Below are positions 36,125 to 46,679 of a DNA stretch of 64,000 nucleotides, one piece after another. The stretch spans positions 225,584-289,583 of the forward strand of contig JAJYVH010000001.1 in NCBI GenBank assembly GCA_021792095.1, given 5' to 3'. The stretch is from Candidatus Micrarchaeota archaeon (GTDB lineage: Archaea > Micrarchaeota > Micrarchaeia > Micrarchaeales > CABMGC01). The notes beneath the pieces were generated by a model. It saw nothing but the letters and a program-made list of their open reading frames with translations. It was not told the origin of the DNA and made no database searches. The position numbers and the translations under genes are program-made. Each line of letters begins with the position of its first letter. Position 1 is the first letter of the stretch.

Positions 36125-38890
36125 CTACTTCCAGTACTGCTTTGTCCTGACGAAGTTCTTCTGCGCCTCCAGCAGGTCTATCAAGAACTGCTTCTTGTCC
36201 TTTCTCAGGAGCCTGAGCACCCTTGCGGCCGTGACCGCGCCCACGCCGTAAACCGACAGCGCGACAAGCGCCTTGGTGCCGTACGCATCTACCAGTCCGG
36301 ACTCGCGCACAGCGTCCCTGTATTGTATCTGCTCGTCTTCCTTCAGCTGTCTGCCCTGTATCTTCTTCCTTATGGCGGCGCTCCTCGCGTCGCTCTGCAT
36401 GCACACCAGTGGGCTCTTGCAGCTGGGGCATGCGACGCGTTCGTATCTGCCCGCATCCAGCTGCTTTTGGAATTCTGTACCGCAGTAGGTGCAGACGAGC
36501 AGCGGCTTCTTGCTGTCTATCTTGTCCTCGAGCTCCTTTATCTCGGAGTCTTCTGGGAGGGCAGGCAGGAGCAGTTCCCTGTACGCGTGGGAGGCGCGCA
36601 CTATCTCTTCCGCAAGCGGTGACAGGCCCCCGCCCGCGACCACGATGCGAATGGCGCCTTTCCTCAACCTTCCCAGAAACTCCTCCACGCTCTCTATGTC
36701 GAAGTTGTTCTTCTCCAGGTCGCGGAGGGTCTCCTCGGCTATGGGCGAACCGCTGTAGAATGCCACGAGGCGTTCTGCGTTGCTTTTGCCTATCTGCGCC
36801 CCGCGCTCCACCACGCCGAAAAGCTTGCAGATGCGCACAAATCTGTACCTGTACGTGTCCGTACCTGAGATGAAAGGCGCGCAGTTGTCCCGGCCGACAT
36901 CGTAGTGCTTTATTATGTCGAATACCTTGCGCATGTCGGGCCTCCGCCTTGCGCCGGCAAAATCGACTATCAGCGCGTACGGAGTGGCCTTCACCGACAC
37001 CCTTGCGCCTGACGCGGCCGATGCCGCATAGCCCACCAGCTTTGCGAGATACTCGTTAGCGAGCTTGCCGAGCGGCGCGTGCACAACAGCATATCCTTCA
37101 GCGTCCTCTATCACTAGCGCATCGTCCGTTGGAGTGAAACGTTTCTTCTGGGCATCTATGAAGCTCTCTGCGGCGGCCATCGTGTCCTTGTCGGCCACGG
37201 ATGAGCTGTTTCCGACACCGCGCGAGAACAGGCCGTAAACACGTTTCGCGGTCTCCTTCGACACTGGTATGTCCTCCCCCTCCCAATCGGGTACGGCAGC
37301 GCTTATGTCGTCGCTCTGCTCCACGGAGACCACCCCTTTGTCTATGCTGATCACCTTCCACGGCAGCCCCTTCGTTATGAACGTGGCGCCCGTTTCGAGA
37401 TAGTTCATGACGAACTGCTCGTCCATGCTCGCGATTGTCCTGTTGCCTACCACGCTCCTTACTTCGAAGCGCACGGTGTCGGGTATGACGCTTATGTTGG
37501 AGAAGAAGTAGCGCCTGGACCTGTAGCCTATGCCCACGCTGCCTTCCTTCCGCCTTATCAGGCGTTCCTTGTCCAGGAAATCGGCTATTCTCTCGAACGC
37601 ACCTCTGGAAAGCCCAGAGTACGGAGCTGCGCGCCTCACAATGCCGAGCAGTTTCTCCTCGCTTATCTTCCTGTACTCCAGCGCGATGGCGCAGATCTGG
37701 TTAGCAAGCACGTCCAGCGCGCCAGACTCCATCCTACCCTTCTCCATCGCACCGGCCTGCATCTGCTCTGTTATCGCCTCCGACTCCAGGATCTCGAGTG
37801 GGCTCGCCACTATCACGCTACCGAACGATGCCTCCTTCTCCCTGTGTCCTCCCCTGCCCACACGCTGCACAAGCCTAACCACCTGCTTCGGAGAGCCGTA
37901 CTGTATGACTAGGTTTATGGCGCCTATGTCTATGCCAAGCTCAAGCGAGCTCGTGGCTATGATGCTCTTTATTCTGCCCTCCTTGAACTCGTTCTCGCTC
38001 CTTATCCTCTCCTCCTTGTCCAGGGAGCTGTGATGCACTCCTATGCCCCCGAAGTGCGCCACCTTGTCGAAGTATACGAGCTTGCTGCCCAGGGACTCCA
38101 CCACCTGCCTGGTGTTGGCGAATATCAGCGTGGAGGTCGAGCCCCTGATGAGCTCTGCCACCCTCTCGATCCTGGCCAGGGTGGCGCCGTCGAGACCGAA
38201 GCTCTCCGCGAATCCTGCGTGCTCCTTCGAGGCCCTGCGCGGCATCTCTATGCCTATGTGTATCTCCTTGCTCGCCTTCGTGTCTACCGTCTCAAAGCCC
38301 CTGCCGCCGCAGAGGAACGAGCCTGCCTCCTTGGCGTTGCCGAGCGTGGCGCTTATGCCTATGCGCTGGTATCCCGGAGCCAGCTCCTCGAGCCTTTCAA
38401 GCGCCACGGAGAGCTGTGCACCGCGCTTAGTGTAGTAGAGCTCGTGCAGCTCGTCCACTATTACTGCCTTCACGTTTCCCATCGCGTTCCTGAGGCGCTG
38501 CGACAGGAAGAGGTTCTGCAGCGTCTCCGGCGTAGTGATCAGGAGATACGGGGGCGAGGCAGCCTGCAACTGCCTCTCCTTTGTCGGCGTGTCGCCGTGC
38601 CTCACTGATATGCTGACCCCCATCTCCGCCGCAAACTGCGACAACCGCTTGAGCAGGTCCCTGTTCAGCGCCCTGAGCGGAGTGATGTACATTATCGCTA
38701 TCCCCTTTCCAGTCCCGCGCTCCAGCAGCCTGGCGAGCAGGGGCACGATGGCAGATTCGGTCTTGCCGCTGCCCGTCGGCGCCAGTATCACGCAGTTGGT
38801 CCCTTCCTCCACTATCGGGATGGCTGCCTTCTGTACGTCGGTAATGCTGCCGAACTTGCGCATGAGGATGTCGTAAGGGTCGATGTGCAT
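36125..38890 (-). CDS. lhr: ATP-dependent helicase Lhr
   Basis: APTGSGKT, DELH, SAT, SSLELGID, QRVGR; C-terminal zinc finger. Confidence 0.93.
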   Translation of the reverse strand: MHIDPYDILMRKFGSITDVQKAAIPIVEEGTNCVILAPTGSGKTESAIVPLLARLLERGTGKGIAIMYITPLRALNRDLLKRLSQFAAEMGVSISVRHGDTPTKERQLQAASPPYLLITTPETLQNLFLSQRLRNAMGNVKAVIVDELHELYYTKRGAQLSVALERLEELAPGYQRIGISATLGNAKEAGSFLCGGRGFETVDTKASKEIHIGIEMPRRASKEHAGFAESFGLDGATLARIERVAELIRGSTSTLIFANTRQVVESLGSKLVYFDKVAHFGGIGVHHSSLDKEERIRSENEFKEGRIKSIIATSSLELGIDIGAINLVIQYGSPKQVVRLVQRVGRGGHREKEASFGSVIVASPLEILESEAITEQMQAGAMEKGRMESGALDVLANQICAIALEYRKISEEKLLGIVRRAAPYSGLSRGAFERIADFLDKERLIRRKEGSVGIGYRSRRYFFSNISVIPDTVRFEVRSVVGNRTIASMDEQFVMNYLETGATFITKGLPWKVISIDKGVVSVEQSDDISAAVPDWEGEDIPVSKETAKRVYGLFSRGVGNSSSVADKDTMAAAESFIDAQKKRFTPTDDALVIEDAEGYAVVHAPLGKLANEYLAKLVGYAASAASGARVSVKATPYALIVDFAGARRRPDMRKVFDIIKHYDVGRDNCAPFISGTDTYRYRFVRICKLFGVVERGAQIGKSNAERLVAFYSGSPIAEETLRDLEKNNFDIESVEEFLGRLRKGAIRIVVAGGGLSPLAEEIVRASHAYRELLLPALPEDSEIKELEDKIDSKKPLLVCTYCGTEFQKQLDAGRYERVACPSCKSPLVCMQSDARSAAIRKKIQGRQLKEDEQIQYRDAVRESGLVDAYGTKALVALSVYGVGAVTAARVLRLLRKDKKQFLIDLLEAQKNFVRTKQYWK

Positions 38891-38895
38891 GAACG

Positions 38896-40539
38896 TTAGC
38901 CGAAAGGTATGAAGGCGCTGCCCACGTCATCTACTGTCCTGTTGCCCGCAGTGTAGTTGACGGCCAGGTTCGTATGCAGGTTGAGCGCCACTCCGCTTAT
39001 CGGAGTGGTCATGTTGTAACACCTGAGGCTAAGGGCCATGGACGCTCCCGGCGCCAGGGTCCTGTTCTCAAAGGCAGGATATTCGTTGGCGAATTTGTAG
39101 CAGCCTGCGCTGTTTATGTGCGCGCTCTCATTCAGCATGCTCCTTATGGTAAAGCCCACTGTGCCATTGTCGTAAGTCAGGTTGCTGCACCCGAACGCGG
39201 AACCGAGTGCGCATGTGTTGCTAATCCCAGACAGGAACGTTACCGAAGGGCCGCTCACGTTGATGCGGCCAAGCAGGTCTTCGGCCACAGAGACCTGGTC
39301 CAGAGCCGCGCTCGAGTTTATGAGCGAAAACGCGCTCACGTTGTAGCCCCCTCTGTAAGCAGTAGTCTCGACCAGGGCCATGCTCCCGAGCTTTCCGCTG
39401 GACGGCACAAGGTATGTGCTGCAGTAGCTCACGTTGTTGTACGTGCCAAGCACTCCGTAGCACAGGTTACTGTTCGTGGTCTGCCTGGTCACAGCCTCTG
39501 ATATGAAGGAGGCGTTGTTGAGCACGTAAAGCGAAGACGCGTAGCTTCCCAGGTAATCGGTGCCATTCGAAGCGCCGAGAAGTGTGGCGTTGGCCGGAAC
39601 TAGGTAGCCGCTGAACGCCGCGCTCACGTTGTTTGCAGGCGCGTGCGCATTCGAGGCGGAGGAGGCGTTTACCAGCGATGCACAGCCTATCGTGTTCGAA
39701 GATACGACGAGCACCTTGAGCCAGCCCCGCGAATACCAGCTGCAGAAGCTGGTGCCGTTGCGCATGTCTATCAGCGTCACGTTGCCTGCTGTGCTGTTGA
39801 TGCTTTCGTAGGAAAGGTTGGCTCCCTGCGCAGCCACTGAGAATATGCTTGGCGCGAGGTAGCCCTTAAGCCAAAGTGAATACGCGCTGTAATTGCTGTA
39901 CTGCGCTTCGGCGATGCTCATGTTCTTGATGTAGTTGTAAGTGAGGTTGAGGACAGGCTCTATGAAAGCGCCAGCCCGCCCTGCAGGCAAGGCGTCGAAG
40001 CGCGGCACGCCATAATTGTCGTATATGTATTCGGATATGGCATAGCCGCCGGCTGAGAGGAGCCCGCCCGAAGAATAAGCATAGTTGCCAGGCATTATCG
40101 CCCATGGGTCGTCCGGAGCCGGCGCATTAACCGAGAACGAGAGGCTGCCTGAGCTGGACTGCCGGTCGGCTATGTTGTAAACCTTCGCGGGGTCCGCTTC
40201 GACCAATATGTTGTACGCGCCTGGTTCGGTGGGTGAATAGTTATAATAGATCGTTGTCTGCTTGCCGGCAGGCAGTGTCACCTTGTAGAGCGTGCTCAGG
40301 TTGCCGTTCACAAAGATGCCGAGGCTCATGTTCTGTATCGGCGTGGTGCCGTTGTTAGAGGCGAGTATGTCCAGCACCACCTTCTGGTACGGGTAAAGCT
40401 GCGCGGGCACGCTGCCGTGCACGCTTACGCCCATGTCTATGCTTGGCTGGTACAGATACCTGAACAGGAACGCCGCTATGGCTATCACCACCACGACGGC
40501 CACCCAGAAATATATCTCGTTCTTCATGCATTCACGCAA
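38896..40539 (-). CDS. Secreted/surface glycoprotein with CARDB-like domain
   Basis: N-terminal TM anchor, Ig-like NNG..I.N..PG.YNI...DP segment, many N-x-S/T sequons and Cys pairs. Confidence 0.75.
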   Translation of the reverse strand: MRECMKNEIYFWVAVVVVIAIAAFLFRYLYQPSIDMGVSVHGSVPAQLYPYQKVVLDILASNNGTTPIQNMSLGIFVNGNLSTLYKVTLPAGKQTTIYYNYSPTEPGAYNILVEADPAKVYNIADRQSSSGSLSFSVNAPAPDDPWAIMPGNYAYSSGGLLSAGGYAISEYIYDNYGVPRFDALPAGRAGAFIEPVLNLTYNYIKNMSIAEAQYSNYSAYSLWLKGYLAPSIFSVAAQGANLSYESINSTAGNVTLIDMRNGTSFCSWYSRGWLKVLVVSSNTIGCASLVNASSASNAHAPANNVSAAFSGYLVPANATLLGASNGTDYLGSYASSLYVLNNASFISEAVTRQTTNSNLCYGVLGTYNNVSYCSTYLVPSSGKLGSMALVETTAYRGGYNVSAFSLINSSAALDQVSVAEDLLGRINVSGPSVTFLSGISNTCALGSAFGCSNLTYDNGTVGFTIRSMLNESAHINSAGCYKFANEYPAFENRTLAPGASMALSLRCYNMTTPISGVALNLHTNLAVNYTAGNRTVDDVGSAFIPFG

Positions 40540-41005
40540 GAGTCGCTTTGGCCTTAAGCTCTTTAACCGCTTCGCCTATGCTGGCCGATATCTCCTTGTA
40601 ATCACTGTCGTACAGGCCTCCGGCCCAAGTGGCTGCATCATACCTGTCTCCCATCGACGGCGGCTTGAGGTAGAACTTGCCCTGCGAGTTCTCGATCAGG
40701 CCCATCTTCTTCATGCGCAGCAGATGGTACCTGAGCGTCTTCTCGTTTATGGGCTCCCAGTTCTTGCTTATGTAATCAACCAGCTCTCCCACGCTCGGGT
40801 CGCTCCTCTTTACGAACTGGAAGTTCATCAGTGCGTCGAGCACGGCCACAGACCCGAGCCTCGACTCGCCGGGGTTTATCACGCCCAGGGAGAGCGCGAG
40901 CCACCTCGCTATCGATCGCCTTGTCTCCAGCACCTCCTTGGTGAGGCGCATCTTCCTCAGACTGATCTCCTTGTCTATAAGCTCCGATTCGCCTAGCTCC
41001 GGCAC
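40532..41005 (-). CDS. Conserved archaeal winged-helix protein
   Basis: WLALSLGVI..G; NEKTLRYHLLRMKKMGLIE. Confidence 0.8.
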   Translation of the reverse strand: MPELGESELIDKEISLRKMRLTKEVLETRRSIARWLALSLGVINPGESRLGSVAVLDALMNFQFVKRSDPSVGELVDYISKNWEPINEKTLRYHLLRMKKMGLIENSQGKFYLKPPSMGDRYDAATWAGGLYDSDYKEISASIGEAVKELKAKATLA

Positions 41006-41106
41006 TCTACCAAACCCGAGAAATGCTGCAGGATTTCCAGTCTGTTGTTATTCATCTTCATACTTATATGCTTTTCTTCGCCATTATCACCATCATCGGT
41101 ATCGCC

Positions 41107-41331
41107 GTGCCCAGGTACTACAAAGTTTATGACTCCAAGCAAACTCTTTACGTGACGGTAGACGACGGCGGTGCTGTGATAATAAAGGACGAGGCAGGCA
41201 GGAAGGTCTTCCTCTCCAGGTACCAGGCGAAGCTTATGAAGTTTGGCATAGACAACCTGCTCAGGAACATTTTCGAGGGCGTGGATTCGAGCGACGTACA
41301 TGTAGAGGAGCTGAAGGCAGCCCCGAAATGA
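41107..41331 (+). CDS. Small hypothetical protein
   Basis: GTG start, 74 aa, same strand directly upstream of prefoldin. Confidence 0.6.
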   Translation: MPRYYKVYDSKQTLYVTVDDGGAVIIKDEAGRKVFLSRYQAKLMKFGIDNLLRNIFEGVDSSDVHVEELKAAPK

Positions 41332-41340
41332 GGTGCGCGC

Positions 41341-41697
41341 ATGTCACAACAAAACCAGAACAACAGTGATGCAGAGCGGCTGGTGGCCGATTACCAGCTG
41401 GTGCAGGAGCAGCTCAGGGCGTCTGCGCTGCAGCTGGAGCAGCTACAGTCGCAGAAAACGGAGCTCGAGCGGGCAAAAGAGGAAGTTAGCGGCGCGAGCG
41501 GCAAGGTGTACATAACGGTAGGCGGCGTCATAGTGGAAACGGACAAGGCGAAGGCCCTGGAGGACATAGGCAGCAGGATGGAGCTCACCCAGGTAAGGAT
41601 AGGTTCTGTGACGAAGCAGTACAATGACATGAAGGCCAAAGAGAAGCTGCTCGGGGATAAGCTCACGCAGCTGCTGGGCAGCAAAGGCCCGGGCTGA
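41341..41697 (+). CDS. pfdB: Prefoldin beta subunit
   Basis: Coiled coil, VYITVGGVIVE hairpin, coiled coil; GAGGTG SD. Confidence 0.9.
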   Translation: MSQQNQNNSDAERLVADYQLVQEQLRASALQLEQLQSQKTELERAKEEVSGASGKVYITVGGVIVETDKAKALEDIGSRMELTQVRIGSVTKQYNDMKAKEKLLGDKLTQLLGSKGPG

Positions 41698-41702
41698 TCC
41701 GC

Positions 41703-42704
41703 ATGCGAGTGCTGTCTATGCAGGAACTCCGCGGCCTGCTGGAGAGCAGCAGGGGCAAGCGCGTCGTGATAACGTTCCACACCATAGGCGACAGGGACGC
41801 GGTTGGTTCCGCCGTGGCTCTCTCCTCGTACTTTACCGACGCTACTGTGGTGACTCCGAATTTCATAACATCGAACGCGAAGCACATGCTTTCCGTGCTC
41901 GGACTTGGTGGCAAGGTCACGGGCAAGCTGCCCGCAGGCGCAGAGCTGGTCATAGTCTGCGACGCCAACAATACCTATGCGCTCGCATCCATGGGGCAGA
42001 AGATAGTGGAGAGAGGAACTGAGCTGTTGTTCATAGACCATCACGCCCTGCATGATAACGGGCCTGCAGGCTCCATCTTCAACGATGAGGGATACAACTC
42101 CACCGCAAGCATAGTCTACGACGTTCTCAAGAGCCTCGGCGCCCAGGTGTCGAAGAAGACGGCGGTGCTGCTGCTCAACGGGATTGTGGCCGATTCCGCT
42201 GACTTGCAGAACGCGTCCTCGCTTACTTTCAGGCAGATAGCGGAGCTCTTGGAGATTGCCGACATGCAATTCTCGTTCGTGGTGCAGCACTTCAAGACAG
42301 AGGTGCCGCTGGCGAACAAGTACAGGGTAATCAAGGACGTGTTTTCGGCCAACGTGGAGACAGTAGGGAAGTACCTGCTCGTGTACGGCACTGCGAGCGA
42401 GCACGCGAACGTGGTCGCTGACGCGGCGCTGCGTCTGGACTGCGACGCCAGCGTCTTCTGGGCTGTGAGCTCCTCGGAGGCGTCCCTGTCAGCGCGCCTC
42501 AGGGCCCAGTGCAGCGACGAACTGCATGTGCACCTGGGCGTGATCATGGAGGGCATAGGCCCTATGCTGGGAGGCGAAGGGGGAGGCCACGCATGCGCAG
42601 CCGGTGCATATGGCCCAAAGAGGGAGAGCGCAACGGAGGCTGGCATGGAGGCTGTAAGGCAGATAAAGGAGAAAATGCTCTCTTCTTCTGGCAAGGTGGC
42701 GTAG
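41703..42704 (+). CDS. DHH family phosphoesterase
   Basis: H..GD.DAVGS, IDHH, GGGH motifs. Confidence 0.92.
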   Translation: MRVLSMQELRGLLESSRGKRVVITFHTIGDRDAVGSAVALSSYFTDATVVTPNFITSNAKHMLSVLGLGGKVTGKLPAGAELVIVCDANNTYALASMGQKIVERGTELLFIDHHALHDNGPAGSIFNDEGYNSTASIVYDVLKSLGAQVSKKTAVLLLNGIVADSADLQNASSLTFRQIAELLEIADMQFSFVVQHFKTEVPLANKYRVIKDVFSANVETVGKYLLVYGTASEHANVVADAALRLDCDASVFWAVSSSEASLSARLRAQCSDELHVHLGVIMEGIGPMLGGEGGGHACAAGAYGPKRESATEAGMEAVRQIKEKMLSSSGKVA

Positions 42705-42705
42705 T

Positions 42706-43908
42706 ATGAAAATAGCAATTACATCGGACTTCCACCTGGGCTACGAGAGGTTCAGGAAGGATGCGTTCGAGCAGTGCCAGGAGGCGCTCTCCAAGGCGGC
42801 GGAGGCTGCCGATGCGATAATCATACCCGGCGACATATTCGACATGCGAGCTCCTAAGCCCGACGTGATCGCCGAAGCAATAAACATATTCAGGAACCTC
42901 TCCAAGAGGCAGTGGAAGGCCGCGGCCGTAGAGGTGAGCGCTGCGAATAAAGCGTACACCAACGTTCCAGTGCTCGCGATTCCGGGCACGCACGAGAGGC
43001 GCGCCCAGGGCGCTGAGAACGCAGTCACGCTCCTGGGTCTTGCCGGCCTGCTTGTTGATGTTAGCGACGGCTACGCCGTGCTGGAGAAGGGCAAGGAGCG
43101 GGTCATGGTGTATGGCATAGGCGGCATTTCCGAGGAGCGCTTCGGGGATGTGTTGAAGGGCCTGGACCCGAAGCCGAGGGAGGGCTGCTTCAGCATATTC
43201 ATGTTCCACCAGTCCGTGCACGAGCTGCTCCCGTTCAGCGACGACTTCGTGCACGCCGACGAGTTGCCCCGGGGCTTCGACCTCTACGTGGACGGCCACA
43301 TACACAACAGGGTCGAGATGAAGGCCCACGGCAAGCACCTGCTCATTCCGGGCAGCACTGTGCTCACGCAGCTAAAGGCCATGGAGCAGGAGCCCAAGGG
43401 TTTCTTCGTGTTCGACACCGAAACCGGCGAGTACGAGTTCCATAGTATAAAGTCTCGCGCCTTCGTGGTGGTGCGCGAGGAAGCGGGAGGCAAGAGCGCT
43501 GAGGAGCTCGAGAAGGGTATAAGGAAGGCCATAGACGCGGCGCTATCCGGCCTGAGCGGGGTGCCCATAGTCAGGGTCGAGGTGAGCGGGAAGCTGGACG
43601 GCGGCGCGAGGAGCATAGATGTGGATTATGCTTCCATAGTGAAGGCATACGAGGGCAGGGCGGTGGTAGACATAGCGAAGCCCGGCATAGAGGACGTAGG
43701 GCACGACGCGGACGCCGATTCGCTAAGGAAGGGCGAGCTGGAGAGCATGCCTGTCAAGGACTACGGCCTCGGCCTGTTCCTGGAAAAGCTGAAGGCGAGC
43801 AAGTACAGCCTGCCGATAAGCGCGTCGCAGCTCTTCGAGCTGCTCAGCGCTGACACGAGCAAGGACAAGGCAGTCAAGGCCGCGCTGGAGAAGCTGCTTG
43901 CCGATTGA
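42706..43908 (+). CDS. mre11: Mre11/SbcD-like DNA repair nuclease
   Basis: SDFHLG, GDIFD, GTHE, FHQ, GHIH, PGS. Confidence 0.85.
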   Translation: MKIAITSDFHLGYERFRKDAFEQCQEALSKAAEAADAIIIPGDIFDMRAPKPDVIAEAINIFRNLSKRQWKAAAVEVSAANKAYTNVPVLAIPGTHERRAQGAENAVTLLGLAGLLVDVSDGYAVLEKGKERVMVYGIGGISEERFGDVLKGLDPKPREGCFSIFMFHQSVHELLPFSDDFVHADELPRGFDLYVDGHIHNRVEMKAHGKHLLIPGSTVLTQLKAMEQEPKGFFVFDTETGEYEFHSIKSRAFVVVREEAGGKSAEELEKGIRKAIDAALSGLSGVPIVRVEVSGKLDGGARSIDVDYASIVKAYEGRAVVDIAKPGIEDVGHDADADSLRKGELESMPVKDYGLGLFLEKLKASKYSLPISASQLFELLSADTSKDKAVKAALEKLLAD

Positions 43909-43916
43909 GCCGCGGC

Positions 43917-45299
43917 TCACTTGTGCGTCTCCAGGTATTCTGCGTGCTCGAGCAGGGCCTCCAACGAGCTGACCAGCGCTGCAGGCGAATCGTACACGGG
44001 CACGCCCCCGCTCTCGAGCTGCACCTTCTGCGCCTGCGTGTAGCCTACGCCGGTGCTCATCACCACTATCGGCTTGTCAACCACTTCCTTGAGGTGCACT
44101 ATCGCTGCCGAGACAGTAGAGTCGGCGCCAGGCGTCTGGTAGAGCACTATTATCACAAGCATGTCTGTGTTGGGGTCGCCGCTGATCGCGGTTATGGCGT
44201 CCCCGTACCTCTTCTCGTCCGCGTCCCCGGCAAGGTCAAGTGGCATCCTTATGTTGACGAGCTTCGGCATCCTGCCCCTCAGCGCGCGCGAGGTCTTTGC
44301 CGACAGCTCGGCCATTCTCAGGCGCTTGGAAGACGCTATGGCGTCGGCCGTCAGCACCCCCGCCCCTCCGCCGTTGGTCACCACAGCTATCCTGTTGCCC
44401 CTCGGCTCCGTCTCTGAAGCGAATATCTTGGAGAAGTATATCAGTTCGCTCAGGTCGTTCGCTACTGTGAACCCGAACTGCCTGAACATGGCCTCCTGCA
44501 CAGCGTAATCGCCGGCCAGCGCAGCCGTGTGCGAATGCGCAGCGCTGCTCCCCGCGCTGGTCCTGCCCGCCTTGAGCACTATCACCGGCTTCTTCCTGGT
44601 TATCTTCCTCGCCAGCTCCACGAACTCCTTGCCGCGCTTTATGCCCTCTATGTACATCACTATGACCTTCGTCTCCTCGTCGTCCATGAGGTACTGCAGC
44701 AGGTCGACCTCGTCCAGGTCAGCCGCGTTCCCGTAGGAGATGAACTTGGAGAGGCCGAAGCCCTCGCCGGCTATCACATCGAGCACCGTGCTGCCGACAG
44801 CCCCGCTCTGGGATATGAAGCTCACGAAGCCCACCTGCGGCCTTGTGATCTTGTATGTGGGCAGGAAGAGCGTGTCGGTCCTCGACCTGGTGTCCATCAC
44901 TCCGAGGCAGTTCGGACCTATCATCGGCATGCCGTACTTCCTCGCTATCTTGACTATCCTGTCCTGGAGCTCGGTCTCGCCGACCTCGGCGAAGCCTCCG
45001 CTCACCACCACAAGTGACCTCACCTTTGCCTGTCCGCACTCCTCGAGCACCCCCGGCACTATCTGCGCAGGCACTGCTATTACAGCCACGTCCACGGTCT
45101 CCGGTACGTCGAGCACGCTCCTGTACGCCTTTAGCCCGAGCACCGAATCTGCGTTGGGGTTAACAGGGTAGAGCCTGCCTCCGTAGCCCCCGTCTATGTA
45201 GTTCTTCAGTATGACGTTGCCCACCTTGTCCGGGTTCCTTGACGCGCCTATTATGGCCACCGCCTTCGGCTTCAGCAGCGTGTTGAGGTCTGCCTTCAT
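43917..45299 (-). CDS. acdA: ADP-forming acetate/acyl-CoA ligase alpha subunit
   Basis: VAIIGAS, GPNCLG, SQSGA, SHTAALAG, NGGGAG. Confidence 0.92.
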   Translation of the reverse strand: MKADLNTLLKPKAVAIIGASRNPDKVGNVILKNYIDGGYGGRLYPVNPNADSVLGLKAYRSVLDVPETVDVAVIAVPAQIVPGVLEECGQAKVRSLVVVSGGFAEVGETELQDRIVKIARKYGMPMIGPNCLGVMDTRSRTDTLFLPTYKITRPQVGFVSFISQSGAVGSTVLDVIAGEGFGLSKFISYGNAADLDEVDLLQYLMDDEETKVIVMYIEGIKRGKEFVELARKITRKKPVIVLKAGRTSAGSSAAHSHTAALAGDYAVQEAMFRQFGFTVANDLSELIYFSKIFASETEPRGNRIAVVTNGGGAGVLTADAIASSKRLRMAELSAKTSRALRGRMPKLVNIRMPLDLAGDADEKRYGDAITAISGDPNTDMLVIIVLYQTPGADSTVSAAIVHLKEVVDKPIVVMSTGVGYTQAQKVQLESGGVPVYDSPAALVSSLEALLEHAEYLETHK

Positions 45300-45913
45300 A
45301 CGAGCACCCTGATGTCGACGGCATCGTACGAGCCGTCGCGCAGTATGACCGGGTTGAGGTCCAGCTCCTTTATCCTGGGGTTGTTGGTCAGCAGCCTGGA
45401 CGCCTGCATAAGAAGCTCCACCAGCATGTCCCTGGACTTGCCGTTGCCCGTAAGTATGTCCTTGGAGCGCAGCCCGTCTATCATCTGCCCCGCGTCGTAT
45501 TTCGTTATGGGGCAGAGGCGGAGCTGCGTGTCCCCGAACGCCTCCACGTATACGCCTCCGAGGCCCAGGAGGAGCACCTTGCCGAACTGCGGGTCGGTGT
45601 TGCCGCCTATTATGGCCTCGACTCCGGGCTTCGCCATCTTCTGCGCTATTATCCTGTACTGCCTTATGCCCCTCCCCTTCCTCTTCAGCTCGCCGAATGC
45701 CCTGCCTATCTCCCCGGCGCCGCTGAGGTTGAGCTTCACCAGGCCCGCCCTGCTCTTGTGGAGCACCTTGTCGGAGAGCAGCTTGAGCGCTATGCTGTCC
45801 CTTCCGGCGAAGGAAACCGCCTGCTCAGCGCTTGAGACGTACCTGCTAGGCACGCTGCGTATCTTGTACTTGTCAAGAATCGCTTTCGCGCGCATGTAGT
45901 CCATCAGGGCCAT
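45296..45913 (-). CDS. acdB: ADP-forming acetate/acyl-CoA ligase beta subunit (ATP-grasp)
   Basis: HKS..G.V.L, DPQFG, GLGGVYVE, ELDLNP. Confidence 0.92.
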   Translation of the reverse strand: MALMDYMRAKAILDKYKIRSVPSRYVSSAEQAVSFAGRDSIALKLLSDKVLHKSRAGLVKLNLSGAGEIGRAFGELKRKGRGIRQYRIIAQKMAKPGVEAIIGGNTDPQFGKVLLLGLGGVYVEAFGDTQLRLCPITKYDAGQMIDGLRSKDILTGNGKSRDMLVELLMQASRLLTNNPRIKELDLNPVILRDGSYDAVDIRVLV

Positions 45914-45921
45914 TGAACCAA

Positions 45922-46671
45922 CTATAGCATGCCGTAGTAGTAGGCGATCAGGAGCAGCACCACTATCACCAATATCGCCACGGCGAGGTTGCGCTTGGTG
46001 TGCGGCTTCCCGTGGAGCTTGATCTCCTCACCCATCCGGTTGAGGTCGTTTCCGTTGCCGCTTCCAGGAGCTGCGGCCTCCGCGTGCGGTGGGGCTGGCG
46101 CCTGTCTTGCCGAAGCCCCTGGTGTCTGCGCCTGCTGCGTTTGTGCCTGCTGCTGCCCCTGGGCAGGTGCCTGCACGGGAGCCTGCGTCGGCGCCTTGGC
46201 CTTCAGGAACCCCTGCTCCGTGAGCATGAGCTCCACGCTCCCGCTCTTCAGCTCGTAGCTCACATAGTTCTGTTTGAACAGCTTGTATATCCTGAACGCC
46301 ATGTCCTTCGGCCTTACGTTGAGCGTGCCCTGCAGCTCCGCGGGATACCTCTTGCCCCCCGACATCTGAGCCAGTATCTCCTCATCGAGATGGTCGAGCG
46401 GCTCGGCGCTCTTGGCCTCCGCATCCTCCTTGAGCTTCTTCCCTGCATCGGCTAGCGCTATGCTGTTCGGGCCGGGATAGTAGGCCGTGAAGTCGATGAA
46501 CCCCTTTTGCTTCAGGCCGCCTGTTATGTTGGCCGCGTCGAAGACGCTGGCGTTTATCATGCCCCCGAAGCGCTCCAGCGTGGTGTCTGGGCCTATCTTG
46601 AACAGGCACGCAAGTTCTAGGAAATTCACGTTTTCGGAGTCCGCCGCCATTCTACCGTTTATCCTTACCAT
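45922..46671 (-). CDS. Hypothetical tail-anchored protein with tandem winged-helix-like domains
   Basis: Two L.KGF/LTEQG wing-like motifs, Q/A/P-rich linker, C-terminal TM helix. Confidence 0.75.
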   Translation of the reverse strand: MVRINGRMAADSENVNFLELACLFKIGPDTTLERFGGMINASVFDAANITGGLKQKGFIDFTAYYPGPNSIALADAGKKLKEDAEAKSAEPLDHLDEEILAQMSGGKRYPAELQGTLNVRPKDMAFRIYKLFKQNYVSYELKSGSVELMLTEQGFLKAKAPTQAPVQAPAQGQQQAQTQQAQTPGASARQAPAPPHAEAAAPGSGNGNDLNRMGEEIKLHGKPHTKRNLAVAILVIVVLLLIAYYYGML

Positions 46672-46679
46672 GTTAAGGA

